Of a DNA stretch of 64,000 bases, positions 10,839 through 21,772 are shown in pieces. The DNA lies in the IMG/VR virus record IMGVR_UViG_3300038760_000071, positions 16,260-80,259 of that record; one strand, written 5' to 3'. Each line of letters starts with the position of its first letter. Position 1 is the stretch's first letter. This DNA is from a virus. The notes under the pieces were generated by a model that worked only from the letters and a program-made list of their open reading frames with translations, was not told the DNA's origin and did no database searches. The position numbers and the translations under genes were made by a program.

Positions 10839-12464
10839 TTATGGGTTATTATTACCGCCTAGTAAAATTGATGATGGTCCACCATCATCAGATGCATCTT
10901 GTACCGGCAAGCCGGCATCATTAGTAGAGGGGGGTAGGGGGGGTAGATCCATTTTAGTCTGGGTTTCCGATTGCTGGGGACCTCGTGTGGCTCCATTACT
11001 AGGCGTAGTGGCTGGAGCTACGTCGTTCCTAGAAGCTGCCACCGGCAAAGCCGGGACAGTGCTTACACTACTTGGCTGTACCTCTCCGCGACCAATTAAG
11101 CGGACAGCTGTTATTTCATTTGTATAATTCCCCCCGGTAAATATATGTTTAACCTCTATTATATACCATATATCACTCAATCGATCTTTTGAACTACCAA
11201 AAGCCTCTCCACCTTTAATTGTTATAAACTTACCAGCTTTTCTATAAATTTTACCTTCCACATTTAATACTATTGTTTCATTTAAGAGGATAAAGCTTTT
11301 GAGCACTTTATTTAGCGCTCGACACTCCATAGTTTTTCGATTACCTGGTTCTGACCCCTCAAATAATTGAACAAACGCTTTTTGCTCTGCTTTAGGTATT
11401 TGAGGTATATTACTAGCAAATCCACCTAGCACGTGCTTACTAAAGTTATCTACATAATATGAATGATATGTAAAATTATGTAGATAACTCGTTAAGTCAG
11501 CTGCCTCATCTCCCACTGTTTTACCGGTAAAGCTATACTTACCCCAAATATTTTGGCGAATTGTTTTATAATCTGGTTTAATTAAATTATACTGCTCTAC
11601 CTTATTATACAAACTACTATTACCACCAGAGTCATCAGCATCAGTAATTATAAATTCTTCTTGATATATGTCTGCATGGTCTTTATCAACATTATTATTA
11701 TAATCCTCAATAAACTCTCGAGCAGCATCATCAATAATAGGTGTTAATGTGAGACGTCTCTCATTGTCTTCATTATTATGGAATTTTAATAGCGGGGGGA
11801 TCGGCGCGTTTACACCACCAAATACGAAACTATTATACAATTTATAAATAACATCGTATATACTATCCTCTATCTGCCATATGTTCGATATTTCTAGTGT
11901 ATTCGAATTGGACAAAATAAATTTATCAGGGTCGTTATTAATAAAATATGCAATGTTCTTCTTCCTAGCCCAAACATTTACAAGAGTTGCTATTAAGAGT
12001 GGAGCTTGTTCTATCTTGTTAATACCTTCTAGTATATCTACAGCGGATGACTTCTTAAGTAGAGCAGGTATAGCCTCTTCAAATTTATAAATACTGCTTT
12101 TATTTGCAACATTTGTTGACATGTCCGCATTTGTCTCGAGCAGGCTTAAAAAACTAATATTACTAACTACCTTGTCATTAACAATATCTTCTAACTGTGA
12201 ATCAGTAATATCAATTGATAGGTACATCGTTTTATCTGCATACTTAGTAATGCCAATTTTATCGAGTATCTGATGATAGTTGTTATATGTCACAACACCT
12301 ACTAGCCCCATATTGATTAACGAATCGGTAATTTCTAGATATCTAATACTATTAAGTTCTAGAGGGAATGGATCACCAACTTCATTACCGCCCTCGTCAG
12401 TAGATACAGCTATAAGATTAATGTCAAAATCTAAAGTTGTACCTTGATTATCAGTCCTGTTCAT
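10839..12464 (-). CDS. Baseplate hub protein (gp27/gpD-like)
   Basis: C-terminal AGKFITI...WYIIEVKHIF...YTNEITAVR hub signature; Pro-rich tail. Confidence 0.6.
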   Translation of the reverse strand: MNRTDNQGTTLDFDINLIAVSTDEGGNEVGDPFPLELNSIRYLEITDSLINMGLVGVVTYNNYHQILDKIGITKYADKTMYLSIDITDSQLEDIVNDKVVSNISFLSLLETNADMSTNVANKSSIYKFEEAIPALLKKSSAVDILEGINKIEQAPLLIATLVNVWARKKNIAYFINNDPDKFILSNSNTLEISNIWQIEDSIYDVIYKLYNSFVFGGVNAPIPPLLKFHNNEDNERRLTLTPIIDDAAREFIEDYNNNVDKDHADIYQEEFIITDADDSGGNSSLYNKVEQYNLIKPDYKTIRQNIWGKYSFTGKTVGDEAADLTSYLHNFTYHSYYVDNFSKHVLGGFASNIPQIPKAEQKAFVQLFEGSEPGNRKTMECRALNKVLKSFILLNETIVLNVEGKIYRKAGKFITIKGGEAFGSSKDRLSDIWYIIEVKHIFTGGNYTNEITAVRLIGRGEVQPSSVSTVPALPVAASRNDVAPATTPSNGATRGPQQSETQTKMDLPPLPPSTNDAGLPVQDASDDGGPSSILLGGNNNP

Positions 12465-12834
12465 TATTATTTAACTTTGATAAAATATTTGATATATACT
12501 CAGGTTTAATAAATTTGTATGATTTACCAGCTTTAGCTTTAAAGATATATTCTGGGTCATTTAATAAAAATATAATCCACCAAAGACTTATAGTTTTATA
12601 AAATCTGTGAGAGAGAGTAGTCCATGGTATATCCACTGCTAATGTCTGTACATCAAATACCTCCTTATTAATATACTCCGGAAAGATAATTTTGTCTAGA
12701 GTGTTATAAAAATAAAAGGATTTATCTTTATTTTCAATTAAATTGACATTAAAAATACTTTCATACAGCTCAGCGCTAAGTTTATTTAACTGCTCTATGT
12801 TATTCTGCTTTTTACCTGTAATTATTGTACTCAT
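12451..12834 (-). CDS. Baseplate wedge protein, gp53-like (LysM-like)
   Basis: WTTLSHRFYKTISLWWIIFLLN pattern. Confidence 0.7.
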   Translation of the reverse strand: MSTIITGKKQNNIEQLNKLSAELYESIFNVNLIENKDKSFYFYNTLDKIIFPEYINKEVFDVQTLAVDIPWTTLSHRFYKTISLWWIIFLLNDPEYIFKAKAGKSYKFIKPEYISNILSKLNNNEQD

Positions 12835-12835
12835 A

Positions 12836-13933
12836 TTACGACCCTAATCTTACACCATTGTTTATCCATTCTGCTGTAAAGTAGTCACTTACCATTAGGT
12901 TAGCATAGTCAGCAAGTAGTGAATTAAATGTTAACGAAACTGTATAAGCATCCGGTATGGGCACTCTAACAGACTTAGCACTAACATCCTCCCCTTTCAA
13001 ATGTGGGAGAAAAACATTTTTGTATCGAACAGTGCCTTTAAAATCTACAGTCATATTACTTATATAAGAATAGGGGAAGGCGCAAATACCAGGTAAATTT
13101 ATTGAATATATTTTAGGTGGAGCAGTTCTAGCGAAACTAGTTTTATATGGCTTGTTTTGAAACGCTAATAACCATAACAGCTCATAGTTAAGTTGATATG
13201 ATTTTAGTGTGCCCCTATCAACAGTATTAAAGAGTGGGAAGTTAATAGTAATGCTTTTACCGGAATCCTCAAATTCATAATACTGTGGCTTCTGTATATA
13301 TACACCTGGCTGAGCTATAAATGCAACATTTGCAATGTCTTCTACCACCTCCATACCTTTACTAATAACACTCTGTAGTCCTGAGTTACTACCTCCTGTA
13401 CTCCAAGTATTTGTAAGACTCGGCATATTATCAAAATGAGGGAAGGCGTATTGAAACCCTGTTTTTTCGGTAAGATATATACCAATTAATGATTTAAGAT
13501 TTGAGTTTGATAAAATACTACCATCTGAACTAGCTTTTATATCCTTAAGAAGACTCTTAACCTTGCTTACCGAATTTTCTATAACATCCAAATTAATACT
13601 TTTCAACAGACTTGTTACGGTTGGTGATACGGTATCAACAGTCCTACTAATAGTAGATATATAGTATATAGCTCCAGATATAATTGAACTGTATTGCTGC
13701 TCTCGCTCAATTATACAGGCTTTAGGAACCCGTTGAAGCGCGCCTGATGTAGCTTTAGCACCAGAATACCAAGCAAAATTATCCACGACATTTATAATCT
13801 TTTTAGGCTTCAAGCGAAGCTGTGGATCTGTATTATGTGTTGTACTGGCTAAGGTTTCATCTCCACCAAAAGAGGCTAAAGCATCATTTGTCTTAACGTT
13901 TGATTTGGTAATATCTATTAACAAGGTACTCAT
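12836..13933 (-). CDS. Baseplate-tail tube cap/initiator (gp48-like)
   Basis: PPKIYSI...YISNMTVDF...PDAYTVSLTF tube-fold C-terminus; synteny. Confidence 0.55.
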   Translation of the reverse strand: MSTLLIDITKSNVKTNDALASFGGDETLASTTHNTDPQLRLKPKKIINVVDNFAWYSGAKATSGALQRVPKACIIEREQQYSSIISGAIYYISTISRTVDTVSPTVTSLLKSINLDVIENSVSKVKSLLKDIKASSDGSILSNSNLKSLIGIYLTEKTGFQYAFPHFDNMPSLTNTWSTGGSNSGLQSVISKGMEVVEDIANVAFIAQPGVYIQKPQYYEFEDSGKSITINFPLFNTVDRGTLKSYQLNYELLWLLAFQNKPYKTSFARTAPPKIYSINLPGICAFPYSYISNMTVDFKGTVRYKNVFLPHLKGEDVSAKSVRVPIPDAYTVSLTFNSLLADYANLMVSDYFTAEWINNGVRLGS

Positions 13934-13934
13934 A

Positions 13935-15767
13935 TTATGATGATGGGGCTAGACTATATGCATTAGTAAAATCGTCTCTAATATCCAAATTACGTACTAT
14001 CGGTGCTGTATTATCCTTAATTTTTGTAGGGCTATTTGAACTATTCTTTAATTCACGTGATGGTTTATTATTAAGATTTGCCTTCCCTATCTCAACCAGT
14101 CTAATTATGTTAGTTGATATAATATTAAGTGTATTAAGCTGTTGTTGATTAATTTCCTTTACTAAATTATTTACCTGCAAATTATCTGTTACTACCGGCT
14201 GTTTCGTGTTCGCAGACGCCTGGTCTTGACGTATTTTGGCTTGCTTCTGCCTCTCTGATGCATCTTTCTTCCGGAGGAACTCATTCCGCTGAGTCAGACC
14301 GTCAGGTGAGAGAATATCATCAGCACCACCATCTAAAAATGGAATAAACTTAGTAACACTATTAATCGCCCAATCTCGTATTTCTTTGATCTTCTTAGGT
14401 ACAATTTCTCTAACTCGTTTCCATACTTTATTAAGAATGTCGCTCCAGCTATCACCAGACCCACCGGTGATGTAATCGCGAACTTTTTCCGCTTTATTAC
14501 TTAACAAGCTTGTTAGTAAGTTAATGCCACCTCCTACAAGGTCACTTAACCCCTTACCACCCACAAATGCCAAAATTGAAGAGCCAAACATCTTCAACCC
14601 ACCAGACAGGTCGCCATTATAAAATAATTTTAATGCCTTGCCCACCTGTATAAGACCCCCAATCACAGGGATATATTCTAATTTTGGGCCCAACGTTGTA
14701 CTAATAGCAGATGCTATATAACTAAGAAAGCCTTGTTTCGGCTGCCCAGTGCCAGCCTTCTTTTCCTCCTTTGCTTTATACATATCATACAACAGTAATC
14801 CACCATCTATAAGGGATGATGCAACCCACCCGGCAGCTGGTATAAAATCTAGTATTGCAGATATTAGCTCAAAAGTTGCAGGTATATAATCTTTATCCTT
14901 AAACCTTTTATAAGCAAATCCTAAACCTATCAACCCACCTATATACGGTACAAATTTTAATTTCTTGAGTAGTGGTCCACCTATACCCCTTAAAGCGCCT
15001 TTCAATACATCGAACAGCCCCGAACCTGCTGCCTTCGCTCCCGTTAATAAACTACCCCCCTTCTTTGCAACCCCTTCCAGTCCCTCTACAAAAGATTTTA
15101 CCAATTTATTTCCGTTTAAAAAGGTACGTATGCCGGCAAACGCGTCTGCAATTGCAGACGTTATCGAGGGTATTATTTTACCTATAGTACGTAACATTAC
15201 ATCTATAGCGGTAAATGCGTTTGTGAACAGGGTTTTAACTGTTTTTAACATGTCACCTAATTTAGGCACCATCTTAGCTATAAACCTACCGACAGGGCCT
15301 AGAGCCTCAAACATTGCCCCAGCAACGGCAACGATGCCGAGTGCACCTAGTGCTAGTGCTAATAGCTTTGGACAAGATGAATTATCAGCTTCCTTAGACT
15401 GAACTTGATTTAATTTACCTACCTCTGCAACTTTACCTACGTTAGATGCTTTGAGGCTATCAGCCTCCGGTCCTTTAGGCATTATAACATCTTTTAAAAT
15501 AGTAAATATTGATCTATACCTCTTCCTATCACTATCTGATAACACTGAGTTGGTATCACCCATAGTTTGTAGCTTATCAGATATCTTATCAAGGGTCACC
15601 TGTTGCCCGGTTAGTAGCGCTATTAGTTGTGTCTCATCACTCCTACCACCATCCGGAATTACACCTTTTGCGGAGTCGTTTACATTGCCACGCTTTTCAC
15701 CCAGACACTCTAGAAAGTTACCTACATATGATTTCTTTGGTGATTTTGATGTACTATCTACGGCCAC
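13935..15767 (-). CDS. Tape-measure/gp29-like tail protein
   Basis: Long Gly/Leu/Ala-rich amphipathic helices with repeated KLKFVPYIGGLI / KLEYIPVIGGLI; position in the tail module. Confidence 0.55.
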   Translation of the reverse strand: MAVDSTSKSPKKSYVGNFLECLGEKRGNVNDSAKGVIPDGGRSDETQLIALLTGQQVTLDKISDKLQTMGDTNSVLSDSDRKRYRSIFTILKDVIMPKGPEADSLKASNVGKVAEVGKLNQVQSKEADNSSCPKLLALALGALGIVAVAGAMFEALGPVGRFIAKMVPKLGDMLKTVKTLFTNAFTAIDVMLRTIGKIIPSITSAIADAFAGIRTFLNGNKLVKSFVEGLEGVAKKGGSLLTGAKAAGSGLFDVLKGALRGIGGPLLKKLKFVPYIGGLIGLGFAYKRFKDKDYIPATFELISAILDFIPAAGWVASSLIDGGLLLYDMYKAKEEKKAGTGQPKQGFLSYIASAISTTLGPKLEYIPVIGGLIQVGKALKLFYNGDLSGGLKMFGSSILAFVGGKGLSDLVGGGINLLTSLLSNKAEKVRDYITGGSGDSWSDILNKVWKRVREIVPKKIKEIRDWAINSVTKFIPFLDGGADDILSPDGLTQRNEFLRKKDASERQKQAKIRQDQASANTKQPVVTDNLQVNNLVKEINQQQLNTLNIISTNIIRLVEIGKANLNNKPSRELKNSSNSPTKIKDNTAPIVRNLDIRDDFTNAYSLAPSS

Positions 15768-15775
15768 ATAAATAT

Positions 15776-16507
15776 TTAGTCACTAGATAAGAGACTAACA
15801 TCTATTTCTACTAGAGCACCATCTTCAAATGTTAGATAATCATTACATTTTGTCTTAACATCAACAATAAAATCAAGTATAATATTATTAAGCTTTAATG
15901 GTAACCTCTCTATAACTGATTTTTTTTCATAAACACTGATATCATTAAAATCTAGCGTTATTTCTCCTATTTCGACAGATTGAACATATTTCATAATCTC
16001 ATATGTTAGCAATAGACTTACCGTATCTGTCTTTTTTTGATCATCAGACAACTTATTTAATTCCGCCACCAATCTTTTGCATATAGAAGTATCTGTTGTG
16101 AGGGTAGGTATTCGTAAATTGCATGTAATATTATCGCTTGTTACAGATTGAGTTTCAGTAAATGAATTGTAATCGATATCTTTCAATTCATTTAAATCAT
16201 ACTGTTTGTCTTTAATTGTAATGTGATCTTTAAGAGATAACTTTCTCAAATTAATAATAATAACCGGCTTATCAACGATATTAAATTCAATAGATTCCTT
16301 ACAATTATTAACTATAAATTCATTATAAAGAATATTACTATTAATAATACCAGTAACACCTTCAAACGCTGTTCTAAGTAATTGCTTTTGCTGATTAACG
16401 TTAAACAGATCAAATTCTATACTCTTATTAATAGATGGTACATGTACTACCGCAACTGTGTTATCACCAGTCTTTTCGAGCTCAGTTAGAAATTCTTTAA
16501 TATCCAC
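15776..16507 (-). CDS. Baseplate hub assembly protein (gp26-like)
   Basis: VPSINKSIEF..FNVNQQKQLL N-terminus and IERLP motif. Confidence 0.6.
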   Translation of the reverse strand: MDIKEFLTELEKTGDNTVAVVHVPSINKSIEFDLFNVNQQKQLLRTAFEGVTGIINSNILYNEFIVNNCKESIEFNIVDKPVIIINLRKLSLKDHITIKDKQYDLNELKDIDYNSFTETQSVTSDNITCNLRIPTLTTDTSICKRLVAELNKLSDDQKKTDTVSLLLTYEIMKYVQSVEIGEITLDFNDISVYEKKSVIERLPLKLNNIILDFIVDVKTKCNDYLTFEDGALVEIDVSLLSSD

Positions 16508-16528
16508 ATTATGTATTTATTAATACAT

Positions 16529-17329
16529 CTAGTTTTTCAACTCTTTATTTTCATTGTGAATCGTCTTATTATGTATGTTTAAAAATATCTTAGACTCTAT
16601 AGGTGATAAATTGTAGAATGTATTTGTACCTGGTAATATTTTCTGGAAGAACATGTATATTAATTCATAATAGGATTTTATATCTACCCTATATATGTTT
16701 GAGATAAATTGCATAACACCATTACCTACTATATCAACCTTTATCTCCTCAATACCAAATTGATCATTTTGCTGTATAATTGTAATATTAAGCAGCTCGT
16801 TAGATATATTATCTAAAAATTTATTAATTATAGTGAATACATTAGCTGGTAGTTTACTCATAACCTGATTTTGTTCAGACACAGTTAAGTCTTTAAATTC
16901 TACTCGCTTATTATTAATAGTAATAAATTTAATAACCGATGTTAATAGATCGTCAATATCCTCGAAGAATGAGCAATTTGGTATACCTAAGCCTATTGTA
17001 AGATTGTCTACCACTATCTCCGTATCTAAATCTTTAAAGTTAGATTCCAGCTTCTCTAAAACTGTATCTAAGCTAATATCCACATTCTTACCATCTTTTG
17101 TTGTGAACGATAATGTCTCGCCAACAAACAACATCCTCACATATATCAACATATAAAATCTATCATAAATATCAAGATCTTTATCTAAATATAACTCCTC
17201 AAATAATTCATTTAACCCAACTAAATCATTATTTTCACAAAACTTTATAATATTTATATATTCCTTATTCTTAAGTTCGCGAACTCGCCGCTTTTTATTA
17301 CTTGGGAGAGTTATTTCTGCTGTAAACAT
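16529..17329 (-). CDS. Baseplate hub assembly protein (gp26/gp51-like)
   Basis: LPSNKK.RVREL, DRFYMLIYVR..FVGETL and MSKLP motifs; resembles the adjacent gene. Confidence 0.55.
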   Translation of the reverse strand: MFTAEITLPSNKKRRVRELKNKEYINIIKFCENNDLVGLNELFEELYLDKDLDIYDRFYMLIYVRMLFVGETLSFTTKDGKNVDISLDTVLEKLESNFKDLDTEIVVDNLTIGLGIPNCSFFEDIDDLLTSVIKFITINNKRVEFKDLTVSEQNQVMSKLPANVFTIINKFLDNISNELLNITIIQQNDQFGIEEIKVDIVGNGVMQFISNIYRVDIKSYYELIYMFFQKILPGTNTFYNLSPIESKIFLNIHNKTIHNENKELKN

Positions 17330-18078
17330 TATGAGGTGCGGCTAACCCCTTCAACTGTTACAGCACCTCTACTAATATCCTTTATTGTGTAATGTGAGAA
17401 GATAAATGATACGGTCTTAACTAGTTCATCGAAGCTTAAATCATTATAACTAATCTTATCAGCCTCAATATTTGTAGGAGCGCAATCTTTAAACGTTAGT
17501 TGCTTGCGAGCTTTATATTCTACTTGTGGTCTAGTTAGTTTTTGCGACGACGCCACCTTATTTTTATAAGATCCCTGTGCGCGTGAGTATAAGGTAGCTA
17601 CTATATTACATTTAATAGGTGCCTCATCATCTTCAATAAGCCCTTTATACGAGCATGCAACTACCCACGGTCGTATAAAGAAATCAATTATATCTCTATT
17701 TGTCTCTAGGAACGATATATCAATCTTATTACTCGAGCCATAATCAGATCGCCTATCACCAACATACCCGGAACCGAATCCACCTGACCCTGGAACTGGC
17801 GCAGTAGTTACACTAAATTCTTCAGCGGGGAAGGATATAGCTTGAGCTAACAAATACCCAACACCGGTTTGATTATCTGTTTGATTATCTATTAACTTAC
17901 TATCAACAGTCCAGACTTGTGGCTCATATAGGTTTACCCAATATGAAATATTGGAACCAAGCTTCGTCATACTAGTACCATCCGTGGTACTAAAGTCTAA
18001 TGTCCATAAAAATTTTAGCGGGATGTCATTATCCCAATCCTGGAATAACTTTAGTCTAGATAGAACTGGCTGTGGCAC
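17329..18078 (-). CDS. Tail tube-like/baseplate tube initiator (gp54-like)
   Basis: Tube-fold pattern ISFLET...FIRPW...FKDCAP...VSFIF; next to the tube gene. Confidence 0.6.
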   Translation of the reverse strand: MPQPVLSRLKLFQDWDNDIPLKFLWTLDFSTTDGTSMTKLGSNISYWVNLYEPQVWTVDSKLIDNQTDNQTGVGYLLAQAISFPAEEFSVTTAPVPGSGGFGSGYVGDRRSDYGSSNKIDISFLETNRDIIDFFIRPWVVACSYKGLIEDDEAPIKCNIVATLYSRAQGSYKNKVASSQKLTRPQVEYKARKQLTFKDCAPTNIEADKISYNDLSFDELVKTVSFIFSHYTIKDISRGAVTVEGVSRTS

Positions 18079-18090
18079 TTAATTATTTAA

Positions 18091-18627
18091 TCACCTAACC
18101 TTGTTATAAAAGTGATAAGCTACTGTAGCTTTAACTTCAACAGTTTCACCGGTACCACCAGATATGTTATATTCTATACCTTCAATGTTACGTAGAGAGG
18201 CTCCAACCAGTTTATATTCAGCAATAGGCTCTAGATCTTTATCAAGTTGCGCTAGGTGGATAAAGAAATCATCATCTGGGGTACCAAACTCCCCTGTAGA
18301 TGTAGTGTCATCAAATAGAGCTCTAGATGCATCCTCAAAGTAATTTCTGAGTTCACTTTTTGCATCTAAGAAGAATGTTAAATTATAACCTTCTGAACCT
18401 GGATACTTAACACTACCTGGTATATTAAAGTCGAGTCCCATATAAGGAGCTGCAACATTTGTAATAGTTCTACCTGGTAATGCTGCAGTCTTAACATATA
18501 CCAACTCATTCTCTGTTAAAGCAGGAACACCCTGTAGTTGCAGCTGCGTTAACCTGAAGAGAAAATCACGACTAAAGTCACGATCTGCGGCAACGCGATA
18601 AAAGTTTTGAATCGATTGATTGACCAT
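18091..18627 (-). CDS. Tail tube protein (gp19-like)
   Basis: KTAALPGRTI...PYMG...IPG pattern; directly downstream of the sheath. Confidence 0.85.
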   Translation of the reverse strand: MVNQSIQNFYRVAADRDFSRDFLFRLTQLQLQGVPALTENELVYVKTAALPGRTITNVAAPYMGLDFNIPGSVKYPGSEGYNLTFFLDAKSELRNYFEDASRALFDDTTSTGEFGTPDDDFFIHLAQLDKDLEPIAEYKLVGASLRNIEGIEYNISGGTGETVEVKATVAYHFYNKVR

Positions 18628-18711
18628 AATAATATTTATGTCCTTCAGCTAAATTTACTGAGATGATGATTACATTTTAGTAAAATATTTTAGTATGAAG
18701 GTCATTACAAT

Positions 18712-18742
18712 AAAAAGCCGTGGCCTTTTAAGGCCACGGCTT
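18712..18742 (-). terminator. Rho-independent terminator/hairpin between sheath and tube genes
   Basis: Perfect 12-bp stem AAGCCGTGGCCT-ttta-AGGCCACGGCTT with a T-run on the minus strand. Confidence 0.75.
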
Positions 18743-18785
18743 GGAGGGAAGAAATTATACACCAATAATAATTTCTTCCGAGGGA

Positions 18786-21137
18786 TTACCCACCGATGAT
18801 CTCCTCAAAGTTTGCATCCGTAGAGGTGGCGTAGAAATTCACCAATATAAATTCTGCTGTACGTACCGGTTTTAGATATATATCTACAACCAACTCATTC
18901 TGGTCAATAACAGTAGGTGTATTGTTACGTTCATCACAAACAATAATATAATCATATAGACCATCATCCGCTTTAACTCTCTCAAAGAATGGAGTTAATG
19001 TATTAACAACACGTGTTCTTGTGAATAGTGTATTATTCTCAAACAAGAAATACTGCATTGTGCGCTTTGTAATCTTTTCCAAGTAGATGAATGTTCTTCG
19101 AACATTGATTCTATCAAACGCACTAGGCTTTCTAAGAAGGGTCTTTTGTCCAAAGAATACATTACCTTGATCTGCGAGAGTTGTAATAGGGTTTAAATTT
19201 GATGTATATAAATCATCTCGCTGTCTCTGGTTTGGTGAGAGTGCAATATCACTAGCATCTGTTATAATACCTCTATTTAAACCAGCCGGCGCACCCCATG
19301 GGCCGATCTGAGCATCTGTACTAGCCATTTTAGCGGAAGCGAAGCCAGACGGTGGTACATACACATATAAACCGGAGTAGTTGTCATACACCTTCATATA
19401 GTTCGCGTAGACAGTTGCATATGAAGTGTTTGCTAGCTCAAACTGATGTCTTAATGCCCAATATGCATGAACATAAAAGTTTTTAGTTTTATCATCTTGA
19501 ATTTTGTTATCCTTACCAGTTACTACGATCTGTCTAATCGGGTCTGCAATATATAGAATATCACCTCTACCACCATCTTTAACAGGTCCACAGAAAGTAG
19601 CAAACTTATTAAAGATTGTAGTATATGCTGTCCTAGCTTTTGTACCTGTAGCATTTAGATCATTTGATGTTCTTAGAGCTTCGATAGATGTAGTTGTACG
19701 AGTATCATCATAACCATACCCGGAGAGCGAAGCACTTGCTGTTTGGTTATATGTCCATATGGAACCAATACCACCCTCAGCAATAATATCAATATTAAAT
19801 TTCCTATCATTCCTGATTCGATCAAGCGCGCGATCCAGTTTCTGTGGAATGTTGCCGGCTACCTTTGTCTCTAAGTTTGTTTCACCATAAGCACCTAACG
19901 CATATATTGAATCAGCCGTCCCAATGGCATTAATCGCGTCGGTCATAAAGGATCCGTCGGCGTATCCAGCACCAACAATCGATGATAAAATATTGCCATT
20001 TGTAAAATTATCAGATAAGGATTGAGTTAAAACTCTCAATTTCGTTCTAGGGGTACCATCAGAATTAAGCTTAACACCACTTATCTGATCAGACAAAAAC
20101 GGGTTAACAATAATATCAATATTTCTAGAGTCATTCTCAACATTTTCTAAGAAGTAGTTAATTGGTGCACCACCATTATCGGAATTACGTTGTCTATAAT
20201 AACCGATTGACCCATTATAACCTTCCTCTAATAGATAATCTAGTCTGTTTGCCTCTTTAGAGAAAACAGATTGTCTAAGCTTAAAGACTCCAATATTGAG
20301 AGCGTCATCAAATTCTCTAGTGGAAATGTCATAACCAGTGATTCGATCCTCCATCACTTGTGAGATGGAGTTTGTCGCCGGGTTATCGCCAAACTCTGGT
20401 GTAGCTGATAGAGCAAATTCCAACCTACTGGTTGGCACTGTTGTATATGAATCAATACCAGATACACTAGCAGACTGTGTTACTGTCTCAACACTTAGGA
20501 TAGACTCAAAAGCACGTGCTGGGTTAATATTAGTATTATCTGCAATACCTAAATAATATCCATTAAACTGACCATCAATAACAGTCTGAGATTTGTTAAC
20601 TACAATTAAAGCTGCACCTGATAAGGCTGTAAGCGTTTTCCAACTGGTAGGGGCGGTGGCTGCTGAACCCCAACCGACAGGAAATAGCTCACCACTTTTA
20701 AGTTGTAAGTATTCCTGCTCTGTAATATTATATTGTTTAGGTGCACCTAAGAAATAAGAGCCTGCGCTTACAGTAAAGTTTTGTGTAGCTACTTCTGCAG
20801 TTCTATCATAACCCTTGGCGGGGTATGCTAAAACACTGTAATAAGAACCAAACCCGTCACCACCGGCCTCACCATATGGTAATCGATTAACTAGCAAACT
20901 ACCTGTAGAGTTTAGTGCTGCTCTAGCAGTATGATAAAAGTATCTCTCAGCCGGTGTTCTCGGTGATCCGTAAATTTGCTCAAATTCAGTAATATTGCTC
21001 ACCCCAACTACTTCATCTGTTGGACCTTGGTTCGCAAACCCGGTAATGTAGGTAGTTGTACCCTGTGAAACAGTTCTTAGGGAGAGATCACTTTCTCGGA
21101 TCTCAACCCCTGGCGATTGTATTGTGCGCTTGGACAT
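18786..21137 (-). CDS. Contractile tail sheath protein (gp18-like)
   Basis: SPGVEIRESD N-terminus; PWGAPAGLNRG, GQKTL, FDRINVRR, VCDERNNTP and KPVRTAEFI motifs. Confidence 0.95.
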   Translation of the reverse strand: MSKRTIQSPGVEIRESDLSLRTVSQGTTTYITGFANQGPTDEVVGVSNITEFEQIYGSPRTPAERYFYHTARAALNSTGSLLVNRLPYGEAGGDGFGSYYSVLAYPAKGYDRTAEVATQNFTVSAGSYFLGAPKQYNITEQEYLQLKSGELFPVGWGSAATAPTSWKTLTALSGAALIVVNKSQTVIDGQFNGYYLGIADNTNINPARAFESILSVETVTQSASVSGIDSYTTVPTSRLEFALSATPEFGDNPATNSISQVMEDRITGYDISTREFDDALNIGVFKLRQSVFSKEANRLDYLLEEGYNGSIGYYRQRNSDNGGAPINYFLENVENDSRNIDIIVNPFLSDQISGVKLNSDGTPRTKLRVLTQSLSDNFTNGNILSSIVGAGYADGSFMTDAINAIGTADSIYALGAYGETNLETKVAGNIPQKLDRALDRIRNDRKFNIDIIAEGGIGSIWTYNQTASASLSGYGYDDTRTTTSIEALRTSNDLNATGTKARTAYTTIFNKFATFCGPVKDGGRGDILYIADPIRQIVVTGKDNKIQDDKTKNFYVHAYWALRHQFELANTSYATVYANYMKVYDNYSGLYVYVPPSGFASAKMASTDAQIGPWGAPAGLNRGIITDASDIALSPNQRQRDDLYTSNLNPITTLADQGNVFFGQKTLLRKPSAFDRINVRRTFIYLEKITKRTMQYFLFENNTLFTRTRVVNTLTPFFERVKADDGLYDYIIVCDERNNTPTVIDQNELVVDIYLKPVRTAEFILVNFYATSTDANFEEIIGG

Positions 21138-21188
21138 AAAATTATTTATGGTATTTTACACAATAATTGCTAGTTTCTAAAACCTTAT

Positions 21189-21764
21189 TTATAAATTAAG
21201 CAATTTAGTATGTAACTGAGAATAAACAAAAGTCATAGAAGTGTTTATTTCGGCTGCGTCTCTGTAATTATACGCAATATTACCCAAAACTGTAGGAAAT
21301 GCTTTAGTGTATGTAAACTGTATTCGTTTGTTTTCATACTCATCAACACCATATATTGTCATATCAGTCTGATAGTTACTATATTCACTACTAACAAGAT
21401 TATCAGCATCATACAGACCCGTTTTATCATCATGCATTAAATCTAACCATTTATATATTACCCAATAGTTATTAAACTCGTTATCAACTGTAAAGTCGAT
21501 AGTAACCGGTGGGTAAGCATCTCTAGCATGTGACGATTGATAGAGGGTATTCCCCGCGTAAGGTATTTTCATAGCAGGTACAACTAGCTCTGGAACAACA
21601 GTACCATAAATTGAAAATTGGAATGAATCTTCAGAAACATTAAATGATGCCCGAGTATCTCTTTTCTGAACTTTACGTAATGCTAGTGGTAGCTGGAAAA
21701 CCATTATAAATTTGTCTATCCGGCCCTTATTGAGTAGGGATTGTTTATTTACATTTGTAGGCAT
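21189..21764 (-). CDS. Tail completion/tube terminator-like protein (gp3-like)
   Basis: FTVDNEFNNYWVIYKWL and YTKAFPT motifs. Confidence 0.6.
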   Translation of the reverse strand: MPTNVNKQSLLNKGRIDKFIMVFQLPLALRKVQKRDTRASFNVSEDSFQFSIYGTVVPELVVPAMKIPYAGNTLYQSSHARDAYPPVTIDFTVDNEFNNYWVIYKWLDLMHDDKTGLYDADNLVSSEYSNYQTDMTIYGVDEYENKRIQFTYTKAFPTVLGNIAYNYRDAAEINTSMTFVYSQLHTKLLNL

Positions 21765-21772
21765 AATAATAT